Source: an uncultured bacterium (GTDB taxonomy: Bacteria; Babelota; Babeliae; Babelales; Vermiphilaceae). Taken from it: 64,000 nt of DNA. Shown here in pieces: positions 58,252-64,000 of the stretch; position 1 is the stretch's first letter, and each line of letters starts with the position of its first letter. Under the pieces are notes generated by a model. The model saw only the letters and a program-made list of their open reading frames with translations. It was not told the DNA's origin and made no database searches. Made by a program: the position numbers and the translations under genes. The stretch is from contig OY968764.1 in assembly GCA_963695335.1 (NCBI GenBank), positions 576,001 to 640,000 on the forward strand, given 5' to 3'.

Positions 58252-59199
58252 ATGAAGAATATGGCAAAAATCTGTTTGGTGATTACATTAACATTGGGAA
58301 ACGTGGCCTTTGGTTACATGTATCAGCTTGCTGTTGAAGCTAAAATAATGGACCCTCGTACTCAAGAGCAGCAACTTGTTGTGGGCTTGTGTGATTATCA
58401 TTTAAAAACACATCCGGCTAATAAAGAGCAGCGTGCATATATTGAATCCCTTCTGAAAAGATCTGTTGGTAGAAAAATTAAATTTATTGTTGAAGATTTA
58501 AGTTCAGTTAATAATGATGGACGCATGGTTTGCTGCAATTTTGGTATTAATTGTCATGAAGGCGTGTTGGGGCAGTTGGCGAACAAGGCACGGGCATTGG
58601 GGGTGCCGGTTGATAATATTGAGTATCGGTATTGCCGGGTAGCAAGTATTGGGCCATTATTGAGTAATCTTAAAGCAAATCCGCAATCTTTCCGTTCAAG
58701 CGCAACTATTTTTATGACATCGCTTTATAAAGAAGTGATTGATGAGATTGAAAAGATAAAGAAATATAACGATGGCAAATTGTTAAATGACTTGTATCAA
58801 CGCGCAGTTAATGCGGTGCACTCTGCATTAACAAAAATGAATTTTAAAGATAAAAAAAGTGTTGCGGAATATTGCACGCAATTACAGCGCAAATCGTATC
58901 GCCAAGAGCTGGAAAAGATATGTATTTTTGATAGTACTTTGATTGATATGAATATTATGCATGCAATCGCAGCATCGCCAGATATCCCACTTATTTTTGT
59001 ACTTGCAGGAGGCTCTCATATTGAGCAGGTGAGTTCTATGTTGCACAAAATTGGGTATCAATCCTTATTAAAAACATCGGTAACTACAAAGCCTGCAATT
59101 ACCAAAGCGCTTAATTCCGATGGTTCTGCTGCAGCAACAGAAGTGCATCCTGAACCTGTTGATCTTAAGTTGATTGAACAATTTATGGAAAAAATATAA
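58252..59199 (+). CDS. Secreted hypothetical protein
   Basis: Signal peptide; GLCDYH, IVED, VLAGGSHI. Confidence 0.72.
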   Translation: MKNMAKICLVITLTLGNVAFGYMYQLAVEAKIMDPRTQEQQLVVGLCDYHLKTHPANKEQRAYIESLLKRSVGRKIKFIVEDLSSVNNDGRMVCCNFGINCHEGVLGQLANKARALGVPVDNIEYRYCRVASIGPLLSNLKANPQSFRSSATIFMTSLYKEVIDEIEKIKKYNDGKLLNDLYQRAVNAVHSALTKMNFKDKKSVAEYCTQLQRKSYRQELEKICIFDSTLIDMNIMHAIAASPDIPLIFVLAGGSHIEQVSSMLHKIGYQSLLKTSVTTKPAITKALNSDGSAAATEVHPEPVDLKLIEQFMEKI

Positions 59200-59216
59200 A
59201 AAAAAGGGGTTTTTTC

Positions 59217-60182
59217 ATGATTAGTATAAAGAAAAGTAACCGTTTTATTGCGCTGATACTTGTTGTGCTTACATGTAATGTCTACAGCATGAAGCGATTG
59301 CATGAAGGAGAGAAAAGATCAATACCAGCAGGATCACGTATTTTGCTTCCAACTGGTAGATGGGTAGAAGTTGTAGGTGAAATACTTCTGGATGAAGCAC
59401 ATATACAAGATCTGACACATTTTACTGATTTACCTCCAGAGATATTAACGCGTATTATTTATCTTTTGCATGAAAATGCAGCTGCTCAATCCCTTGAAGA
59501 TGTTGCAAAAAATATTAATACTTTGGTCTTGGTTAATACAGATCTTAATGCATTAATTAATCATCCATCTTTTTGTCTTTCTTTGATCAAATATCTTTCA
59601 CAGAAATTTAACCGCTCTGATCAAGAAATAGCCGAAGCTTTACAAACTCAAGAAGCTAAAGGACGCCTAAAACTTCAAAGGAAATTTTATAATTTATTGT
59701 GTGAAGATAATACATCAAGCATGCAAATTCTTAAACAGGAGCTCGAACAATTGTTAATAGATGGGGCTGATGTTAACTTTACTTATAGTGCTGACTATGG
59801 TGAGCCAGGTGAAATGTTATTAGAGCGTATATACATTGAACGAACAAGATATAAGAGCGACCTTATACAATGGCTTATTCAACATGGAGCAAATCAAAAT
59901 CAACAAAATCTTCTTTTAATATTAATGGTTACATTGTATCATGGTGGTAGTCGTATAAAAGACGGTGATCTAGAGATTTTCAAAATTCTTCTGAATGCAA
60001 ATGCTGACCCAGAAACTACTTATTACGATGAATCAATGTTGTCATTAATGCAGCGATGTTTGGATCAATTACAACAAAGAAAGAATCCTGAATATCCCTA
60101 TTATTCAGAAGATATTAAAAACGCAACAGTAATTATAAAAATGATAGAAGATGCGATAGCTAGAAAACACAGTAAAAAATAA
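59217..60182 (+). CDS. Secreted F-box-like/degenerate ankyrin protein, paralog of the 28410-31357 cluster
   Basis: VYSMKRLHE; FTDLPPEILTRI; LINHPSFCLSLIKYLSQKFNRSDQEIAEALQTQEAK; GADVN, NADPE. Confidence 0.8.
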   Translation: MISIKKSNRFIALILVVLTCNVYSMKRLHEGEKRSIPAGSRILLPTGRWVEVVGEILLDEAHIQDLTHFTDLPPEILTRIIYLLHENAAAQSLEDVAKNINTLVLVNTDLNALINHPSFCLSLIKYLSQKFNRSDQEIAEALQTQEAKGRLKLQRKFYNLLCEDNTSSMQILKQELEQLLIDGADVNFTYSADYGEPGEMLLERIYIERTRYKSDLIQWLIQHGANQNQQNLLLILMVTLYHGGSRIKDGDLEIFKILLNANADPETTYYDESMLSLMQRCLDQLQQRKNPEYPYYSEDIKNATVIIKMIEDAIARKHSKK

Positions 60183-60241
60183 ATTTTAATATCACTATTT
60201 AAATTTTTTCGGCACTTATCAAAAAAGGTACGTGCCGATTT

Positions 60242-60919
60242 TTATTTTTTATTATTTTTTTTAATCAAAACATAGATCAAACCACTAGCCACAGCAGCAA
60301 AGAAACACCACACTGATCCCAATGTTGCGTAATAAAAAATATATGATGTTACAAACGCAAGTATAACAACAGTACCAGCAATCCATGCATAGGTAAGGCT
60401 TGAGATAAAAAATGGCATTATAACTGCTGTGCAATATGCCAAAGAACTTATCCATGTAACTGGTAATTTAAGCCAATCATTTGTGATGCCAAAGGGGTAA
60501 TTAGTAACAGGATAATCAATATGATGATGAACCACGTGTGCGCCAGTTGTTTTGAGTATCCAGCTGAAAAAGAGTAAAAGAGCGCTGCAAATTCCAATAA
60601 ATAGGGTTATCAAGAGTAATTTTTTGCGTTTATGAATTTTTTCAGGAATGTATAACGTGAGTGGTACCCAGATGGGCCAAAAGATTCCAGCAAAACTCAT
60701 AAATCCATACATTGCAATCAGATGAAGTAGGCTTGTTGTATCACCTGCATTCAGCGTTATCCACACAATCCCTTCACAGCCTTGTTGCATTGCAAAAAAG
60801 AGTGAAGAACTTGCAAGTGGGATGAGTTGGCGATTTTTTTTTGCTGCATGTACTGATAAAAGTCCTATGATTGATAATCCAGCGGCGGTGGTAAGACTTG
60901 CATTTGCTGAAAAACACAT
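60242..60919 (-). CDS. Integral membrane protein (MCFSA-type, DUF6629-like)
   Basis: MCFSANAS, FAMQQGCEGIVW, SVWCFFAA. Confidence 0.75.
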   Translation of the reverse strand: MCFSANASLTTAAGLSIIGLLSVHAAKKNRQLIPLASSSLFFAMQQGCEGIVWITLNAGDTTSLLHLIAMYGFMSFAGIFWPIWVPLTLYIPEKIHKRKKLLLITLFIGICSALLLFFSWILKTTGAHVVHHHIDYPVTNYPFGITNDWLKLPVTWISSLAYCTAVIMPFFISSLTYAWIAGTVVILAFVTSYIFYYATLGSVWCFFAAVASGLIYVLIKKNNKK

Positions 60920-60938
60920 ACGAATTCCTTTTTTTTAT

Positions 60939-60996
60939 CCCCCAATTTACGTCTTACTCCAATTGGGGTCCCCATTGGAATGAAATGGAAATGGGG
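60939..60996. repeat. Family B repeat
   Basis: cccccaatttacgtcttactccaattggggtccccattggaatgaaatggaaatgggg. Confidence 0.88.
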
Positions 60997-61008
60997 TTGA
61001 AACGGTCT

Positions 61009-61917
61009 TTAATAAACATCTTTACTTAAATATGCACGTCCCGAATCACCAAAAATCATAACAGCAACATCACCTTTTTTAAGTTGTGGTAAATAATGAT
61101 GCGCTCCCCATGCAACAGCACCACTGCTCAGGCCTACCAAAAGTCCGTAATTGCGTGCTAAAGTTTTGAGCATTGCAAAAGCATCTTCGTCTGCTACAGG
61201 AAGTACTTCATCCATGATATTGTAATCAACCACATCGGATGCAAAATCAATTCCAACGCCTTCTAGTTTGTATGGTTTAGGGTGACCTTTTGTTGAGTAA
61301 AATGAATTTTTTGCATCAATTGCAATCAACTTAATGTCAGGATTTTGTTCTTTAAGATATTTTCCTGTTCCGTATGTTGTTCCACCAGTTCCTGCAGCGG
61401 CAAAAAAGTGAGTAACGGTACCATTTGTTTGCCGCCAAATTTCTGGGCCTGTGAGCGTGTAATGTGCTTGCGCGTTGATGGGATTAAAATATTGATTAGG
61501 CATAAAAGAATTAGGTGTTTCTTGGTGTAATCTAACTGCAGTTGAATGGTAACTGTTGGGATCTTCAATAAATTCTGTTGCGGGACACATAACAATTTCT
61601 GCGCCATACGCACGTATGGTTTGTATTTTTTCTGGGCTAAACTTTGGAGTTGTGGTGATGATAACTTTGTAACCTTTTGCAGCTCCAATCATAGCAAGCG
61701 CAATCCCTTGGTTGCCTGATGATGGTTCAATTATGGTGCCACCGGGTTTAAGGAGGCCATTTTTTTCAGCATGTTCCACCATGAATAAGGCCGATCTATC
61801 TTTGATGCTGCCACCAGGGTTTAAGTATTCAAGTTTTGCGTAAACTGTTGCAGGGCTATCAAATGGTACACGTACTAATGGAGTGTTACCGATGGCATTA
61901 AGAAGGTGTTGATACAT
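61009..61917 (-). CDS. cysK: PLP-dependent cysteine synthase family protein
   Basis: IGNTPLV, KLEYLNPGGSIKDR, SSGNQG, GTGGT, GLSSGA; exact subfamily uncertain. Confidence 0.8.
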   Translation of the reverse strand: MYQHLLNAIGNTPLVRVPFDSPATVYAKLEYLNPGGSIKDRSALFMVEHAEKNGLLKPGGTIIEPSSGNQGIALAMIGAAKGYKVIITTTPKFSPEKIQTIRAYGAEIVMCPATEFIEDPNSYHSTAVRLHQETPNSFMPNQYFNPINAQAHYTLTGPEIWRQTNGTVTHFFAAAGTGGTTYGTGKYLKEQNPDIKLIAIDAKNSFYSTKGHPKPYKLEGVGIDFASDVVDYNIMDEVLPVADEDAFAMLKTLARNYGLLVGLSSGAVAWGAHHYLPQLKKGDVAVMIFGDSGRAYLSKDVY

Positions 61918-61927
61918 AATTGAGGCC

Positions 61928-62893
61928 TTATCTAAATAAAATCATTAAAAGCGATAATATCACGGAGTAAAGAATAATAGTTTCTATTAAACTTTGCGCA
62001 AGGATACTTGTGCGAGAAAGAATATTATATGACGCAGGATTATTGCTGATTTGTGTGCATGCTGCAGCAGCAGTGATTCCTGAACTGATACCGGTACCAA
62101 GCGTTCCAAGGCCTGTGCACAAAGCAGCGGCTAGAAATATAACACCGTCAACTATATTTTCTGTTGTGGTGTAAGGGACAGCAAAGAGTAGCGTGATAGA
62201 AACTAATAAACAGAATATGACTGGAGTTTCAATCAAAGCTTCACTAATAAACGTGAAAGAAAGTAATTTTTCATACGCTTTGATATTTTTTCCAAGTCCT
62301 TTTATTGCTGCTTTTGCAAACGTGCTCAATCCAATCGCTGGGCCAATGCTGCCAAGGCCAACACATAATCCGCTTGCAATAAGACGCAAACTATCAGTGA
62401 GTGTGATGATTGTAGCAGCTTGATTTTGAATAAAAAGAGAGACGAGAAAAGCTGATATGATAGGTGTTTGTGTAATAACTTGTGTCATGAGCATAAACCC
62501 GGAAATGCGTTGTGCAAAGAATGGTTGACGTGCAACGGCATCGCATGCTGCTCGCGCAGGAATTGCTGAAGCAAGCCCAATAACTAATCCTGTTACACCC
62601 ATTGCCGCGATGATACCTATTTGAGCATAATTTGCAAAAATATCACCTGAGTTTTTAGACGTATAAAACAAAAGAAGAATTGAAACAAGCAATCCTAAAA
62701 CTGCAACTGTTTCAACTAATGCCATTCCAATGATAGCAACACGCATGATGCCTTCTTGTGCAGCTGGTTGTCTATCCATATTTTTTAAAGCACTCCAACT
62801 AATGAGCCCTTGCCCGATACCAACAGAAATTGAGCTCAATGCTATAGAAGTTGCTACGGCGCCAAAATGTAAAAATTCAGAGGAGTCGTACAT
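61928..62893 (-). CDS. atpE: F0 ATP synthase subunit c, four fused hairpins
   Basis: Directly after atpB; four ~80-aa repeats with loops RQP/RQP/KNI/NNP and ALVET/VITQT/ALIET/SLIET. Confidence 0.88.
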   Translation of the reverse strand: MYDSSEFLHFGAVATSIALSSISVGIGQGLISWSALKNMDRQPAAQEGIMRVAIIGMALVETVAVLGLLVSILLLFYTSKNSGDIFANYAQIGIIAAMGVTGLVIGLASAIPARAACDAVARQPFFAQRISGFMLMTQVITQTPIISAFLVSLFIQNQAATIITLTDSLRLIASGLCVGLGSIGPAIGLSTFAKAAIKGLGKNIKAYEKLLSFTFISEALIETPVIFCLLVSITLLFAVPYTTTENIVDGVIFLAAALCTGLGTLGTGISSGITAAAACTQISNNPASYNILSRTSILAQSLIETIILYSVILSLLMILFR

Positions 62894-63624
62894 TAATGTC
62901 CACCTTCTTGTGTGCCTAAAGAGATATATGTAAGAGTAAGCATAGCAAATACAAATGCTTGTAAAAGGCCTTCAAACAGAGTGAAAAATCCGATCATTAC
63001 AAAATTCAAACCAGATAAAAGACCTAATGTTTCAAGGATAATTGATCCGCTGATAAAGGTAAAATAAAGCTTGGTAATAATTGCTCCACCAAATATATTT
63101 CCAAATAAACGGAATGATATTGATACGATCGATGATAATTTTCCAACAATATTGAGCGGGAGCATGATAAAGAAAGGTTTAAAAAAATCTTTTATGTAAG
63201 ATCCAATTCCACGTGCTTTTATGGATGCAGCTTGGACATATAAAAATGAAATAATTCCAAGTGCTAGCGTTGTATTAATATCTCTGGTTGGTTCTTCAAG
63301 CCATGGAATGAGCGGTGCAGTGTTGCAGAGCGCAATGAATACAAAAAGGGATGCTGCAAAAACGCAATGAGAAAAAACAAATGTTCCAAGTGATTGATGT
63401 GTGAGATCAATAAAAAAAGAAACTAATCTGATCAATATAAAACGGCCAAGAACGGTATGATGTAAAAAAAAATTAACGCATGAAAGTGCTAACGCTAACA
63501 TCAGCATAATGATCCATGTATGGATTACTATTTCACTGTTGATTGTGAAAATTGGATGTTCTGCGTAATTCATTGCAGAAGCAACTGACCATTGATGTGT
63601 TTCGAGTAATTCAGAACCGTTCAT
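62893..63624 (-). CDS. atpB: F0 ATP synthase subunit a
   Basis: PTRDINTTLALG, SISFRLFGNIFGG, LLQAFVFAMLTLTYI. Confidence 0.95.
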   Translation of the reverse strand: MNGSELLETHQWSVASAMNYAEHPIFTINSEIVIHTWIIMLMLALALSCVNFFLHHTVLGRFILIRLVSFFIDLTHQSLGTFVFSHCVFAASLFVFIALCNTAPLIPWLEEPTRDINTTLALGIISFLYVQAASIKARGIGSYIKDFFKPFFIMLPLNIVGKLSSIVSISFRLFGNIFGGAIITKLYFTFISGSIILETLGLLSGLNFVMIGFFTLFEGLLQAFVFAMLTLTYISLGTQEGGH

Positions 63625-63644
63625 TGTAATTTCCGTTGTGATTT

Positions 63645-63728
63645 CCGTTCGCTCATTTTGACAAGCTCAATGCGAACGGGATTAAATTTTTCTTCCGTTC
63701 GTGCTGAGCTTGTCGAAGCATACGAACG
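63645..63728. repeat. Family A element without B insertion
   Basis: ccgttcgctcattttgacaagctcaatgcgaacgg...ccgttcgtgctgagcttgtcgaagcatacgaacg. Confidence 0.88.
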
Positions 63729-63769
63729 CCGGAGTTACAAAATCCATTAATACCCAGTATAAGATTGAT

Positions 63770-63961
63770 TTATAACGAGTGCAATATATAGAGAACTGAC
63801 AGTGATAAAATAAGTAAGCGTACGAATGAAAACAAGATTGATTTGGTGAGATGGCGGGTAAAATTGGTTTGATGATCAAAAGATAAAGCTCTCCTTTGTT
63901 GGGTAACAAAGAAGAGCATGTATACTGTTCCGATCAATAACCCGAGGAGGATTGAAAACAT
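63770..63961 (-). CDS. Small membrane protein upstream of atpB, possibly truncated AtpI-like
   Basis: Two hydrophobic segments; hydrophobic coding appears to continue past the TAA. Confidence 0.45.
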   Translation of the reverse strand: MFSILLGLLIGTVYMLFFVTQQRRALSFDHQTNFTRHLTKSILFSFVRLLILSLSVLYILHSL

Positions 63962-63987
63962 ATTTTTATAGTATTTTGAGTTCGTTT

Positions 63988-64000
63988 CCTTCGACAGGCT
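63988..64000 (+). repeat. Family A repeat cut by window end
   Basis: ccttcgacaggct. Confidence 0.6.

Overview
AT-rich bacterial chromosomal segment. Its content suggests an intracellular protist-associated bacterium, most likely Candidatus Dependentiae/Babeliae (TM6); this is inferred from gene content, not proven. Scattered housekeeping genes (pheT, lspA, comF, sbcD, glmU, mreB, rsmA, uppS, ABC-F, PBP1A, murG, holB, tmk, cysK-like, atpB/atpE) are interleaved with about 20 signal-peptide-bearing, eukaryote-like effector candidates (ankyrin, F-box-like, Skp1-like/WD40, macrodomain, papain-like). An RNase P RNA gene, absent from the ORF track, lies at about 36214-36654 (-). Most striking observations: (1) three families of short GC-rich palindromic repeats that nest inside each other and sit in-frame in pheT, murG, an ABC-F gene, an ankyrin effector and a hypothetical gene, and inside RNase P RNA helices, with empty/filled site pairs visible in this window; (2) a signal peptide-Hint-Ntox21-like rRNase toxin followed by three copies of a CC/CxxC candidate immunity domain; (3) a recurrent signal peptide followed by Met-Glu/Met-Lys on unrelated effectors, two of them followed by mitochondrial-presequence-like segments; (4) a four-hairpin F-type ATP synthase c subunit; (5) a doubly frameshifted acyl-CoA ligase. 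No CRISPR array, tRNA, rRNA or transposase was recognised. All family assignments are by-eye motif recognition; no searches were run.
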